DNA of 64,000 bases from an uncultured Acidobacteriota bacterium. Its GTDB lineage: Bacteria > Acidobacteriota > Thermoanaerobaculia > UBA5066 > Gp7-AA6. Below the pieces are notes generated by a model. The model was not told where the DNA came from. It worked only from the letters and a program-made list of their open reading frames with translations, and ran no database searches. Both the position numbers and the translations under genes were made by a program. Where the stretch lies: NCBI GenBank assembly GCA_963764715.1, contig CAVXTP010000003.1, forward strand, positions 96,001-160,000, written 5' to 3'. Position 1 is the first letter of the stretch, and the number at the start of each line of letters is the position of its first letter. Shown piece after piece: positions 10,816 to 20,278 of this stretch.

Positions 10816-11612
10816 GCGTTCTCCGCGAGCGAGTCCCGCAGGCGCTCGAAGATCGCGCCGCCCGCGGCGAGCGCGACGACCGCCGTGCCCGCCATCCAGG
10901 CCCAGTCGGCCGCCGGGACCGGCCGGAAGAAGAAGAGGGTGTCCTGGATCCCGGAGAAGAACGTCGCGAAGGGATTGGCGCGCAGGAGCGGGCGGAAACG
11001 CTCGGGCACCGACGCGGCGGGATAGAGCACCGGGGTCAGGAAGAACGCCAGCGTCAGCAGGTTGGCGACGACGTCGCGCACGTCGCCGAAGTGCACCGAG
11101 AGCGCCGAGACGGCGAGCGCGATCCCGAAGACGGTCAGCGCGAGCAGCAGCAGGACGAGCGGAAATTCCAGGACGGCGGGGCCCGGGCGGAGGCTCCCCC
11201 GGACCGCGGCGAACACGATCGCGGCGCCGACGACGGGCAGGGCGAGCAGGAGGTGCGCGAGCCGCGCTCCGACGCTCGCCGCCGGGAACACCTCGGGCGC
11301 GACGGTCGTCTTGCGGAGGAGCGGCCCGTTGGCGCGGAAGGTCTCGCCCGCGTCGTTCAACGCCGCCGACACGAAAGCCCAGACGAGAACGCCCGGGAAG
11401 AGGAAGAGGGCGTAGGGCCGGACGTCCGCGCGCGGGGCGAAGACGAACCGGAAGACCGTCGCGTAGACGGCGAGCAGCAGCAGCGGATTGACGAGCGACC
11501 ACAGGAAGCCGAGGGCGCCTCCGCGGTAGCGGGCCGTCAGCTCGCGGCGGGTCAGCGCCAGCACGAGCGCGCGCTGCGCGAGCGTGCGCCGCAGCGGAAA
11601 GAGCGCCGTCAC
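10812..11612 (-). CDS. wzm: Polysaccharide ABC-2 exporter permease
   Basis: 'RRELTARYRGGALGFLWSLVNPLL', 'FFLTPVLYP', 'ANPF'. Confidence 0.9.
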   Translation of the reverse strand: MTALFPLRRTLAQRALVLALTRRELTARYRGGALGFLWSLVNPLLLLAVYATVFRFVFAPRADVRPYALFLFPGVLVWAFVSAALNDAGETFRANGPLLRKTTVAPEVFPAASVGARLAHLLLALPVVGAAIVFAAVRGSLRPGPAVLEFPLVLLLLALTVFGIALAVSALSVHFGDVRDVVANLLTLAFFLTPVLYPAASVPERFRPLLRANPFATFFSGIQDTLFFFRPVPAADWAWMAGTAVVALAAGGAIFERLRDSLAENA

Positions 11613-11698
11613 GTCGAGAGGTCTCGGATGTCGTTTCTCCGGTTTCGTTTCCTGGACGTCGAGCCGGGCACGGGGATGCCGTCGGGTATTCTCGCATC

Positions 11699-12382
11699 GT
11701 GTCGAGTGATCCGTCCGCGGCGCCCTCCGTTTCCGTCCGGGCCGTCCGGAAGGTCTACGCGGGCGGCCAGGCGGTCGTCGCGCTCGACGGCGTCGACCTG
11801 GAGGTCCCGGCCGGCGAATTTCTGGCGCTCGTCGGCGAGTCGGGCAGCGGCAAGTCGACCCTGCTGCATCTGACCGGGGGCATCGACCGGCCCTCCTCCG
11901 GCGAGATCCTCGTCGGCGGGGCGAGCGTCGGCGCGCTGCCCGAGCGCGCGCTCGTCCTCTACCGCCGGCGCGAGGTCGGGATGGTCTTCCAGTTCTTCAA
12001 TCTCCTGCCGCACCTGACGGTCCGGGAGAACGTCGAGCTGCCGCGGCGGCTCGACGGCCGCGCCGACGCCGGGCCGCGGGCGGCGGACCTGCTCGAGCGG
12101 GTCGGCCTGGCCGACCGCGCGGGCGCCCATCCCTACGAGCTCTCGGGCGGACAGATGCAGCGGGTCGCCATCGCGCGCGCGCTCGTGACGGGAGCGCGGC
12201 TGCTTCTCGCCGACGAGCCCACCGGCAACCTCGACAGCCGCAACGGCGAGGCCGTCCTCGCGCTGCTCGACGAGATCCGGCGCGAGCGCGGCGTGACGCT
12301 GCTCCTCGCGACCCACTCCGCGGCCGCGGCCCGGCGGGCCGACCGGGTGGTGGCGCTGAAGGACGGCCGGGTGGCGTCCTGA
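11699..12382 (+). CDS. ABC ATP-binding protein, LolD/MacB-like
   Basis: GESGSGKST, '[11 protein letters not shown]', '[15 protein letters not shown]', 'ADEPTGNLD'. Confidence 0.9.
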   Translation: MSSDPSAAPSVSVRAVRKVYAGGQAVVALDGVDLEVPAGEFLALVGESGSGKSTLLHLTGGIDRPSSGEILVGGASVGALPERALVLYRRREVGMVFQFFNLLPHLTVRENVELPRRLDGRADAGPRAADLLERVGLADRAGAHPYELSGGQMQRVAIARALVTGARLLLADEPTGNLDSRNGEAVLALLDEIRRERGVTLLLATHSAAAARRADRVVALKDGRVAS

Positions 12383-14937
12383 ACGGCTTCGGCCTCGTCC
12401 TGCGCGCGCTCGTGACCGGTCCGGCGCGGCGGCGGCCCGCCCGCGTCGCGCTGCCGATCCTCGGCGTCGCGATCGGCGTCGCCGCCGTCGCCGCGATCCA
12501 CCACGCCAACCGCAGCGTGACGAAGTCCTTCCGGGACGCGGCCGCGACGATCGCGGGCCGGAGCGACTTCGTCATCACGGGACCGGCCGGCGTTCCCCTC
12601 GCGGCCCTCCCGAAGCTCGCGTTTCTCTGGGAGGCCGGCGGGTTCGCGCCGGCCGTGACCGGAACCGCCGTCCTCCCGGGCGGCGAGGTCGTGCAGCTCG
12701 TCGGCGTCGACTGGGGCGGCGACGGCCTCGTTCGCGACGTGCGCCTCGTCGCGCCCGAGGGCGCGGCCCGGGAGCTCCTCGCCTCCTCCGGATCGGTCCT
12801 CGTGCCCGCGCCGCTCGCCGCCCGCCGGGGGCTCTCGGTCGGCCGCGACATCGCCCTGACGGCCGGGGGCGTTCCGCGGACGGTCCGCGTCGGGGGGATC
12901 CTCGAGCTTTCGGGCGTCGCGCGCGCCTCGGGCGGCGACCTCCTCCTGACCGACATCTTCACGGCGCAGGACCTGCTCGGCCGGCGCGGCACGGTCGACC
13001 GCGTGGACGTCGTCCTCGACCCGGGCGCGTCGCGCGAGGCGGTGCGGGCCGAGATCCTCCGGCGACTCCCGGCCGGGCTCGTCCTCGAGCCGCCCGGCCG
13101 GGCGGCCGCGACGGCCGACCGGATGGTCCGCGCCTTCCGCTTCAACCTCAACGCCCTCGGCTCGCTGACGCTCCTCGTCGGGATGTTCCTGATCGCCAAC
13201 GCCGTGTCGATCGCCGTCCTTCGCCGCCGGCCCGAGATCGCCGCGCTGCGGGCGCTGGGGACCTCCCGCTCCTCGATCTTCGCCGCGTTCCTCGTCGAGG
13301 GCGCCATCGTCGGCGTCGCGGGAACGCTCCTCGGCGAGGTCCTCGGCGTCGTCGTGTCGCGCGTGGCGATGCGGGCGGTCGCCGGCACGGTCTCGACCCT
13401 CTACGTTCCGACGGCCCGCATCCTCGCGGCGGGCCGCGGCGAACCGGCCGTCCTCGCCGCGCTCGTCGGCCTCGCGGCGTCGCTCGCCGCGACACTGCTT
13501 CCGGCGGTCGAAGCCATGCGCGTGCCGCCGGCGCCGGCGATGCGCGCGGGGGCCATCGAGACCGTCGTCCGGCTGCGCCTTTCGCGGCGCGGCGCGCTGG
13601 CCGGGCTCGCGCTCGCCCTCGCCGCGGCGGCGTCGCAGGCGGCGCCGGTCGACGGGCTGCCCGTCTTCGGGTTCGCCGCCGTCGGCCTCGTCGTCGTCGC
13701 CCTCGCGCTGACTTCCCCGCTCCTCGTGCGCGCCGGCGCGGCGATCCCGCACGGCCTTCCCCCGCGCGCCCTGGGCCCCTCCGGGCGCCTCGGCGCGGGG
13801 TTCTTCGGAGGCGCGCTCGCGAAGAACGGGATCGCCGTCACGGCCCTCGCGATGGCGCTCGGCATGACGCTCGCGATGATCGTCACGGTCGCCTCGATCC
13901 GCGAGACCGTGCGCGTCTGGGTCGAGACGACGCTGCGGTCGGACCTCTGGATCAAGGCGGACGCCGGAGGCCGGAGCGGGATCGTGGGCGACCTGCCCGA
14001 GGACGTGCTCCCGTTCCTCCAGTCGATCGAGGGCGTCGGCGAGGTCGACCCCTTCCGCGGCCGCGAGGTTTCGGACGAACGCGGCCGCCCCTTCACGCTG
14101 GCATCGGGGGACTTCCGGGTCGCGGCCCGATCCGGAGGGCTCGCGCTCCTCGACGGCCGCGATCCGCAGGCGGCGGCGCTCGAAGCCCGCGCGCGCGGGG
14201 AGGTCCTGGTGTCCGAGCCCTTCGCCCGGCGCTTTTCCGCCGGCCGGGGCTCAAGCGTGCGGCTTTCGACGCCCGCCGGGGCGCGGGAGTTCCGCGTCGC
14301 GGGCGTCTACCGCGACTACTCCAACGACCGCGGCACGGTCGTCATGGACCGCGAGCTCTACCTCGCCCTCTACGCCGATCGTCGGATCACGAGCCTCGCC
14401 CTGACGGCCCGGCCGGGAGCCGACGTCGAGGCGCTCCGGCGCCGGATCCTCGCCGCGGCCTCGGGGCGCTACGCTCTCTCCGTGGCGACGAACCGGGAGC
14501 TGCGGCGCGAGGTTTTCGTCATCTTCGACCGCACCTTCGCCGTGACGCGCGCCCTCGAGGCGATCGCCGTCGCCGTGGCCGTCCTCGGCATCGCCAACGC
14601 GCTGATGGCCTCGGCCGTCGAGCGGCGGCGGTCCTTCGGGCTGCTGCGCGCGATCGGGGCGTCCGGCGCCCAGATCCGCCGCGCGACGCTCGTCGAGGCG
14701 CTTCTCTCCGGCCTGACCGGCACGCTCGCGGCCCTCGCGGCGGGCGCCGCGTTCGCCTGGCTGCTGCTCGAGGTCATCAACCCCCAGTCGTTCGGCTGGA
14801 CGGTGTCGCTCGCCGTGCCGTGGACGACCCTCGCCGGGGCCGCGTCCCTCGTCCTCGCCGCATCGGTCCTCGCGGGCCTCGCCCCGGGCGGCGTCGCGGC
14901 GGCCGTGGATCCGGCGGCCGCGCTGCAGGAGGAGTGA
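12379..14937 (+). CDS. FtsX/MacB-like double-repeat ABC permease (AttF/G-like); probable CTG start
   Basis: Two FtsX modules ('[13 protein letters not shown]', '[14 protein letters not shown]'), '[10 protein letters not shown]'; in-frame CTG overlaps upstream TGA (alternative GTG 12412). Confidence 0.82.
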   Translation: MNGFGLVLRALVTGPARRRPARVALPILGVAIGVAAVAAIHHANRSVTKSFRDAAATIAGRSDFVITGPAGVPLAALPKLAFLWEAGGFAPAVTGTAVLPGGEVVQLVGVDWGGDGLVRDVRLVAPEGAARELLASSGSVLVPAPLAARRGLSVGRDIALTAGGVPRTVRVGGILELSGVARASGGDLLLTDIFTAQDLLGRRGTVDRVDVVLDPGASREAVRAEILRRLPAGLVLEPPGRAAATADRMVRAFRFNLNALGSLTLLVGMFLIANAVSIAVLRRRPEIAALRALGTSRSSIFAAFLVEGAIVGVAGTLLGEVLGVVVSRVAMRAVAGTVSTLYVPTARILAAGRGEPAVLAALVGLAASLAATLLPAVEAMRVPPAPAMRAGAIETVVRLRLSRRGALAGLALALAAAASQAAPVDGLPVFGFAAVGLVVVALALTSPLLVRAGAAIPHGLPPRALGPSGRLGAGFFGGALAKNGIAVTALAMALGMTLAMIVTVASIRETVRVWVETTLRSDLWIKADAGGRSGIVGDLPEDVLPFLQSIEGVGEVDPFRGREVSDERGRPFTLASGDFRVAARSGGLALLDGRDPQAAALEARARGEVLVSEPFARRFSAGRGSSVRLSTPAGAREFRVAGVYRDYSNDRGTVVMDRELYLALYADRRITSLALTARPGADVEALRRRILAAASGRYALSVATNRELRREVFVIFDRTFAVTRALEAIAVAVAVLGIANALMASAVERRRSFGLLRAIGASGAQIRRATLVEALLSGLTGTLAALAAGAAFAWLLLEVINPQSFGWTVSLAVPWTTLAGAASLVLAASVLAGLAPGGVAAAVDPAAALQEE

Positions 14938-14938
14938 G

Positions 14939-16051
14939 GTGAGGGCCCGTGGTCGAATTCTGAGCCTTGCTCTCGTCGTAGGGGCGGCCCTTGCGGCCGC
15001 CCTGTTTGGAACGGCGGGGATAAACCCCGCCCCTACGACCGAGGGCATCACGCCGCGAGTCACCGCCGCGACCGGGGGCGCCGGCGCCGCGCTTGCCTTC
15101 CCGCGCGATCATGGCTCGCACCCGGACTCCGCGCTCGAGTGGTGGTACTGGACCGGGCACCTGTCGGGAGCGGGCGGCCGGGCCTACGGCTTCCAGCTCA
15201 CGTTCTTCCGCCTGCGCGACGTGCACCTGGCTCACTTCGCCTGGTCAGACATCGGCGCGCAGCGGTTCGCCTTCGAGGAGAAGACGCACCTGGCGCTGCC
15301 CGGAATCGCGGGCGCCTCGGAAGAACGGCTCGACGTCTTCAACGAAGACTGGTCCGCGCGCGAGGCCGGCGGCGCGCAGAAGCTCTCGGTGCGCACCGCC
15401 GAGGGCCTCCTCACGCTGACGCTGTCGCCCGCCAGGCCCCCCGTGCTCCACGGCGAGGGCGGCATCTCGAAGAAGGGGCCGGGGCCGACCGAGTACTCGC
15501 ACTACGTGTCGATCACTCGCCTCGCGGTCTCCGGCGCGCTCGACCGCAAGGGCAGGACCGAGGCCCTGACGGGGACCGTCTGGTTCGACCACGAGTGGGG
15601 ACCGGGGGGGCTTCCGGCGGGAGTCGCCGGCTGGGACTGGTTCGCCCTGCAGCTCTCGGACGGCTCGGAGCTGATGCTCTACCGCATGCGCCTCGCGGGC
15701 GGCGCGGCCTCCCCGTTCTCCGCCGGCACCTTCGTGCCGGCCTCCGGCCCGCCGCGCGCCGTCGCCTGGAAGGACGTCACGCTCTCGCCGCGGACGCGCT
15801 GGACCTCGCCGAAGTCGAAGGCCGCGTACCCGGCGGTCTGGTCGCTCGCCGTCGCGCCCCTGGGGCTGGAGGTCACGCTGACGCCGCTGCTGGCCGACCA
15901 GGAGCTCGTGACCGCGAAGTCGACCCAGGTCACCTACTGGGAAGGCGCGTGCCGCGTCGAGGGAACGCGCGAGGGCCGGCCGATCGGGGGGCGGGCGTAC
16001 GTCGAGATGACGGGCTACGCGGGCCGAGACGTCCCGGGCTTCTCGCCCTAG
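14939..16051 (+). CDS. Secreted AttH/CrtC-like lipocalin-fold protein
   Basis: 'FPRDHGSHPD..EWWYWTGHL', 'GFQLTFFR', 'WFDHEWG', 'GWDWFALQL', 'DQEL', 'YWEG', 'YVEMTGY'; N-terminal signal peptide. Confidence 0.85.
   Translation: MRARGRILSLALVVGAALAAALFGTAGINPAPTTEGITPRVTAATGGAGAALAFPRDHGSHPDSALEWWYWTGHLSGAGGRAYGFQLTFFRLRDVHLAHFAWSDIGAQRFAFEEKTHLALPGIAGASEERLDVFNEDWSAREAGGAQKLSVRTAEGLLTLTLSPARPPVLHGEGGISKKGPGPTEYSHYVSITRLAVSGALDRKGRTEALTGTVWFDHEWGPGGLPAGVAGWDWFALQLSDGSELMLYRMRLAGGAASPFSAGTFVPASGPPRAVAWKDVTLSPRTRWTSPKSKAAYPAVWSLAVAPLGLEVTLTPLLADQELVTAKSTQVTYWEGACRVEGTREGRPIGGRAYVEMTGYAGRDVPGFSP
14975..15039 (+). repeat. GTAG-type REP doublet (REPIN-like) inside the attH-like CDS
   Basis: GTCGTAGGGGCG...CGCCCCTACGAC terminal inverted repeat with two internal hairpins; related copies at 46722 and 58119. 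Confidence 0.8.
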
Positions 16052-16052
16052 C

Positions 16053-16517
16053 TCACGGCGCGGGGGACGGGGCCGGCGTCGCCGCGCCCGGCTTGGGCTC
16101 GACCTCCATCGTGATCATGAAGGTCTTCGCCTTCGAGAGGTTGCGGAAGACGAACGGAAACTTGATCGCCGCCGCGTCCCTCTCCCCGGCCGCGAGCCAG
16201 CCGACGCGCGTGCCCCCGGATCCCGCGGCCACCATGTTTCCCGCCTCGTCGAGGATCGCGACCGCGACCCCGACGGCGACCGGCGCCAGGCCGTCGTTGT
16301 CGATGCGGACGACCGCCTCGCTCGTGGAGCGGCGCAGCCCCGCGCCGACCTCGCCCGAGACCTTGAAGACGATCTGGTTGATCTTGATCTTGTCGAGCGA
16401 CAGACGGATGTCCTGGATGCTGTCGACCGGCTTGAAGTCGAACGTCTTCGTCACCTGCTGGGCCGCGAGGGGAGCCGCGAGAAGGGCCGCGGCGATGAAG
16501 AGAAGGGATCGGCGCAT
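16053..16517 (-). CDS. Secreted hypothetical protein (Ig-like/FxLYD-like), paralog of upstream gene
   Basis: Signal peptide ending APLAA; 'VRIDNDG..VGVAVAILDEAGNMVAAGS'; SD GGAGG. Confidence 0.75.
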   Translation of the reverse strand: MRRSLLFIAAALLAAPLAAQQVTKTFDFKPVDSIQDIRLSLDKIKINQIVFKVSGEVGAGLRRSTSEAVVRIDNDGLAPVAVGVAVAILDEAGNMVAAGSGGTRVGWLAAGERDAAAIKFPFVFRNLSKAKTFMITMEVEPKPGAATPAPSPAP

Positions 16518-16600
16518 GGCGCGTTCCTCCGTGCGCCGACCATATCAAAGGGATCTCGGACCCGTCTGCGTTCCGCGGTCCGCCGCCTGCCTCCTGCCGC

Positions 16601-17131
16601 CTACGGCACCGGCGTCGGACTCAGGGGCTCGGACTCGACCGACGAGGAAGACGAGGACGACGTCGTCGACGAGCTCTTGGAGGGCTTGGACGACTTGCCC
16701 TGCGTCTCGATCGTGACCATGAACGTCGCGGCCTTTTCGAGGTTGCGGTACACGTACGGGAAGTCGATCGTGTAGTAGGTGCGGTCGCCCTTGGTCAGGT
16801 AGCCCCACTTGGTCCCGTTGGAGCCGGCGGCGACGACGTTGCCCTCCGAATCGAAGACGACGACGGCGACCCCGACCTGCTGATCCGTCAGGCCGTTGTT
16901 GTCGATCCGCACGCGCACGTCCGCGCTCGACTTCCGCAGCGGCGTTCCTTTCAGCGTGCTTCCCGTGTTGAAGGTCACCTGGCCGATCACGACTTCGCCG
17001 GCCGAGATGTTGATGTCCTGGACGCCGTTGACGGGCGCCCAATCGAACTTCTTCGTCGCTTGCTCCGCCGCCAGCGGCGCCGCGAGCAATCCTGCCAATG
17101 CCAGTGCCGAGCCCAGCCTGCCGAATCTCAT
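16601..17131 (-). CDS. Secreted hypothetical protein (Ig-like/FxLYD-like) with Ser-rich tail
   Basis: SD GGAGGT before ATG 17131; signal peptide; 'VRIDNNG..VGVAVVVFDSEGNVVAAGS'. Confidence 0.75.
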   Translation of the reverse strand: MRFGRLGSALALAGLLAAPLAAEQATKKFDWAPVNGVQDINISAGEVVIGQVTFNTGSTLKGTPLRKSSADVRVRIDNNGLTDQQVGVAVVVFDSEGNVVAAGSNGTKWGYLTKGDRTYYTIDFPYVYRNLEKAATFMVTIETQGKSSKPSKSSSTTSSSSSSSVESEPLSPTPVP

Positions 17132-17217
17132 TCCCACCTCCATGTGCGAATCGCCAAACGCGAAGCCGCACCGGACGCTCCGGCGCGGACTTTAGGGAGT
17201 GTAGCAGGCCGCGGCGG

Positions 17218-18741
17218 TTACGCGCCGGGTTTCGCGGCGAGGCGGGAGCGGCGGTACCCGTAGGCGAAGTAGATGACGAGGCCGAGCACGAGCCACACGC
17301 CGAAGCGGATCCACGTCGCGAGCGGCAGCCCGCCGTAGCGGGTGAGAACGAGCCCCGCCGGCGTCGACTGGAGCCACGGCATGCCGACGATGAGGTACAG
17401 GCAGACGGCGATGCCGAGGATCGGCGTCAGCGGGACGAGCGGCGTCCGGAATGCCCGCTTGCGGTCCGGGTCCCTCTTGCGCAGCACCATGATCCCGATG
17501 CACACCAGGATGAAGGCGAAGAGCGTCCCGATGTTCGTCAGCTCGACGAAGACGTCCAGGTTGGCGAAGGCCGAGAGCGCCGCGACGCCGATGCCGATCC
17601 AGATCGTGGTCACGTGCGGCGTCCGGTACTTGGGGTGGATCTTCGCGAACGACGAGGGAAGCAGGCCGTCGCGGGCCATCGAGAAGAAGATCCGGGCCTG
17701 GCCGTACTGGAACACCAGCAGCACCGCGGTCGTCGCGATCACCGCGCCGAACGCCACGATGCCCGCCGCCCAGTTCATCCCGAGGAGCGAGAAGGCCCGC
17801 GCGAGCGGCTCGGAGGAGCCCCGGATCTTCTCGAGGGGGACCATCCCGGTCAGGACGAGGGCCGTCGCCACGTAGAGCACCGTGCAGACGGCGAGGGAGC
17901 CGATCATTCCGATCGGCATGTCCTTCTGCGGGTTCTTGCACTCTTCGGCCGCCGTCGAGACGGCGTCGAACCCGATGTAGGCGAAGAAGATCAGCGCGGC
18001 GCCCGTCCCGATGCCGGCCCAGCCGTTGGGCGAGAACGGGTGCCAGTTGGCCGGCTTGACGTACAGGGCGCCCACGATCACGAAGAAGACGAGGATCGTC
18101 AGCTTCACGAGGACCATGTAGGTGTTGACGCGGGCCGACTCCTTGATCCCGATGACGAGGAGCCACGTCAGCAGCAGGGTGATCGCCGCGGCGGGCACGT
18201 TGAGCACGATGGGTATGCCGAAAACGTGGGGCGCCGAGTCCATGAAGCCCGCCGTCCGCGACGCCGTGTGGAGGTCGGTCGTCAGCCACGGCGGGATCAC
18301 GATGCCGAAGCCCTTCAGGAGCTCGACGAAATAGCCCGACCAGGACACCGCGACGGCGACGTTGCCCATCGCGTACTCGATGATGAGGTCCCAGCCGATG
18401 ATCCAGGCGACGAACTCGCCGAGCGTGGCGTACGAGTACGTGTAGGCGCTGCCGGAAATCGGGACGAGCGACGCGAATTCCGCGTAGCACAGGGCGCAGA
18501 ACCCGCAGCCGATGGCCGTGATGAGGATCGAGATGACGAGCGCCGGCCCCGCGCCGTCGTGGTGCGCGCCACCCGCCGCCGCCGACCCGATGACGGCGAA
18601 GATCCCGGCGCCGATGATCGCGCCGATGCCGAGAGCGACGAGCTCGAGAGGGCCCAGGGCCCGCTTGAGCTGGTGGGAGGGCTCCTCCGCGTCGGCGAGG
18701 ATCGAGTCGAGCGTCTTGGTTCGGAAGAGCTGGCTGCTCAT
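17218..18741 (-). CDS. APC-family amino acid permease (CAT/YfnA-like)
   Basis: 'GIGAIIGAGIF', 'CYAEFASLVPISGSAYTYSY', 'FFAYIGFDAVSTAAEE'. Confidence 0.92.
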   Translation of the reverse strand: MSSQLFRTKTLDSILADAEEPSHQLKRALGPLELVALGIGAIIGAGIFAVIGSAAAGGAHHDGAGPALVISILITAIGCGFCALCYAEFASLVPISGSAYTYSYATLGEFVAWIIGWDLIIEYAMGNVAVAVSWSGYFVELLKGFGIVIPPWLTTDLHTASRTAGFMDSAPHVFGIPIVLNVPAAAITLLLTWLLVIGIKESARVNTYMVLVKLTILVFFVIVGALYVKPANWHPFSPNGWAGIGTGAALIFFAYIGFDAVSTAAEECKNPQKDMPIGMIGSLAVCTVLYVATALVLTGMVPLEKIRGSSEPLARAFSLLGMNWAAGIVAFGAVIATTAVLLVFQYGQARIFFSMARDGLLPSSFAKIHPKYRTPHVTTIWIGIGVAALSAFANLDVFVELTNIGTLFAFILVCIGIMVLRKRDPDRKRAFRTPLVPLTPILGIAVCLYLIVGMPWLQSTPAGLVLTRYGGLPLATWIRFGVWLVLGLVIYFAYGYRRSRLAAKPGA

Positions 18742-18784
18742 GCGAAAGTGCGGGCAGGATATCAGACGGCCCGCGCCCCCGGCC

Positions 18785-19477
18785 TCACGGCGCCAGGACG
18801 CGGGAGGCGATCTCGTCCAGGCCCTCGATCCGCTCGGGGACCTGGGGGTACCGGCCCTCGCGATCGATCAGGACGGCCGCGAGCCCGGCGGCGCGGGCGC
18901 CCTCGTAATCGTCGCCGACCGAGTCCCCGACGTGCAGGGCCTCGGCCGGCGCGACGCCGAGGCGGGCGCAGGTGCGGTGGAAGATTTCCGCCCCGGGCTT
19001 TCCGGTCGCCTCGATCGCGGAAACCGACACGACGCGGAAGAAATCGGCCAGGTCCAGGGCCTCGAGCAGGCGCGGCAGGTGCGAGTCCCAGTTGGAGATG
19101 ACGGCGAGGGCGAAGCCGCGCGCCTGGAGATCCTCGAGCGCGGGCCGCACGTCGCCGTACATCGCCCAGGAGCCGGGCCGGCGGAAATGCTCCGCGAGCC
19201 GCGCGAAGGCCTCGGCCGAGACCTCGCCGCCGTCGAGCCGCGACCGGACGCGGCCGAGGAAGCGGCGCCAGAACTCCTCTTCGCCCGACACGCCCCCGTA
19301 CCGGTCGCCCGGGGCGGCCGCCTGCACCTCCGCCCATGTTTCGAGCAGCGCCTCGCGCAGTCGCGGGCCCTCGAAACGCGCGCCGTCCTCGCGGAACACG
19401 CGCGCGTAGACCTCCTCGATCGGAGGGTCCGGATGCAGAAGCGTCGCCCCGGCGTCGAAGCAGACCGCCCGGATCAG
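18785..19477 (-). CDS. HAD-IA family hydrolase; probable CTG start
   Basis: (L)IRAVCFDAGATL motif I, 'ISNWD', 'KP..EIF', 'HVGDSVGDDYEGARAAG'. Confidence 0.85.
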   Translation of the reverse strand: MIRAVCFDAGATLLHPDPPIEEVYARVFREDGARFEGPRLREALLETWAEVQAAAPGDRYGGVSGEEEFWRRFLGRVRSRLDGGEVSAEAFARLAEHFRRPGSWAMYGDVRPALEDLQARGFALAVISNWDSHLPRLLEALDLADFFRVVSVSAIEATGKPGAEIFHRTCARLGVAPAEALHVGDSVGDDYEGARAAGLAAVLIDREGRYPQVPERIEGLDEIASRVLAP

Positions 19478-20154
19478 CAGACGAGCGCGTTCTCCCGCAT
19501 CACGCCGTCGAGCGCGCGGTTCAACGCGTCGCAGCAGCGGCGGGCCGCCGCGAGCGCCTTCTCCCGGGCCTCCGGCGTGTCGGCCACGCGGCCGAGCGCC
19601 TCGCGCTCGACCTGGCGGTGCCACACGTCGGCCTGCTCGTGGACGGAGAAGAACTTCGTGGCGTCGCCCTCGGCGATGCCGTAGAACTCCTTCAGGCCTT
19701 CGCGCTTGGTCTTCGAGACCTCCGGGATCTGCGACTCGTAGGCGTAGAGCGCCGCGAGGCCTTCGGCCGTGGAGCCCTCGCGGGTCGCGCGCCGGAACTC
19801 GGCGATCGTCTGCGCGACCTCGGCCGTGCGGGGCGCGGAGGCGAGGTCGGACTCGGCCGCTCCGAGCGCGCCGGCGAACCTGCGCCAGAGCGCCGGGTGG
19901 TTCTCGGGCCCGCGCTCCTCCTCGATCAGGTTCTCGAGGAGCTCGTGCCGGAGCGCCGCGTCCTCGCAGCCGGCGTGGACGCCCGACACGTAGGTCGGGA
20001 AGGCGGCGACGTGCGGGTAGTACGAGATCGCGTACTCACGCAGGTTCTCGCGGGTGAGACGCCCCTGCGACCAGAGCTGGTAGAAGGGATGCTTGAGCAG
20101 GTGCTTTTCGGCGATCAAGGCATCCAGGGCGGTGAGGAACTCGTCACGGGTCAT
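19474..20154 (-). CDS. CADD-family heme-oxygenase-like dimetal oxidase (putative self-sacrificing pABA synthase)
   Basis: 'HLLKHPFYQLWSQG', 'YYPHVAAFP', 'ENLIEEE..NH', 'ALYAYESQIP..KTKREGL', 'HEQADVWH'; matches recalled Chlamydia CT610 layout. Confidence 0.85.
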   Translation of the reverse strand: MTRDEFLTALDALIAEKHLLKHPFYQLWSQGRLTRENLREYAISYYPHVAAFPTYVSGVHAGCEDAALRHELLENLIEEERGPENHPALWRRFAGALGAAESDLASAPRTAEVAQTIAEFRRATREGSTAEGLAALYAYESQIPEVSKTKREGLKEFYGIAEGDATKFFSVHEQADVWHRQVEREALGRVADTPEAREKALAAARRCCDALNRALDGVMRENALVC

Positions 20155-20175
20155 GTCGGCTCCTTGTACGGTCGT

Positions 20176-20278
20176 CAGTCAGCAGTCAGCAGTAAGCAGT
20201 AAGCAGTAAGCAGTAAGCAGTAAGCGGGGAGATTATAAGTACAACTCGGCCTGCCTCCTGCCTCCTGCTTCCTGCCTC
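20176..20278. repeat. Heptamer arrays (CAGTCAG)2(CAGTAAG)5 and (CTGCCTC/CTGCTTC)4 flanking a -10 box
   Basis: Read directly; TATAAT on the minus strand at 20232-20237 lies between the arrays. Confidence 0.9.

Noticed and set aside
19474-20154. PqqC or TenA assignment
   Set aside because: No pqqA/B/D/E or thiamine salvage neighbours; the sequence follows the CADD pattern along its whole length.
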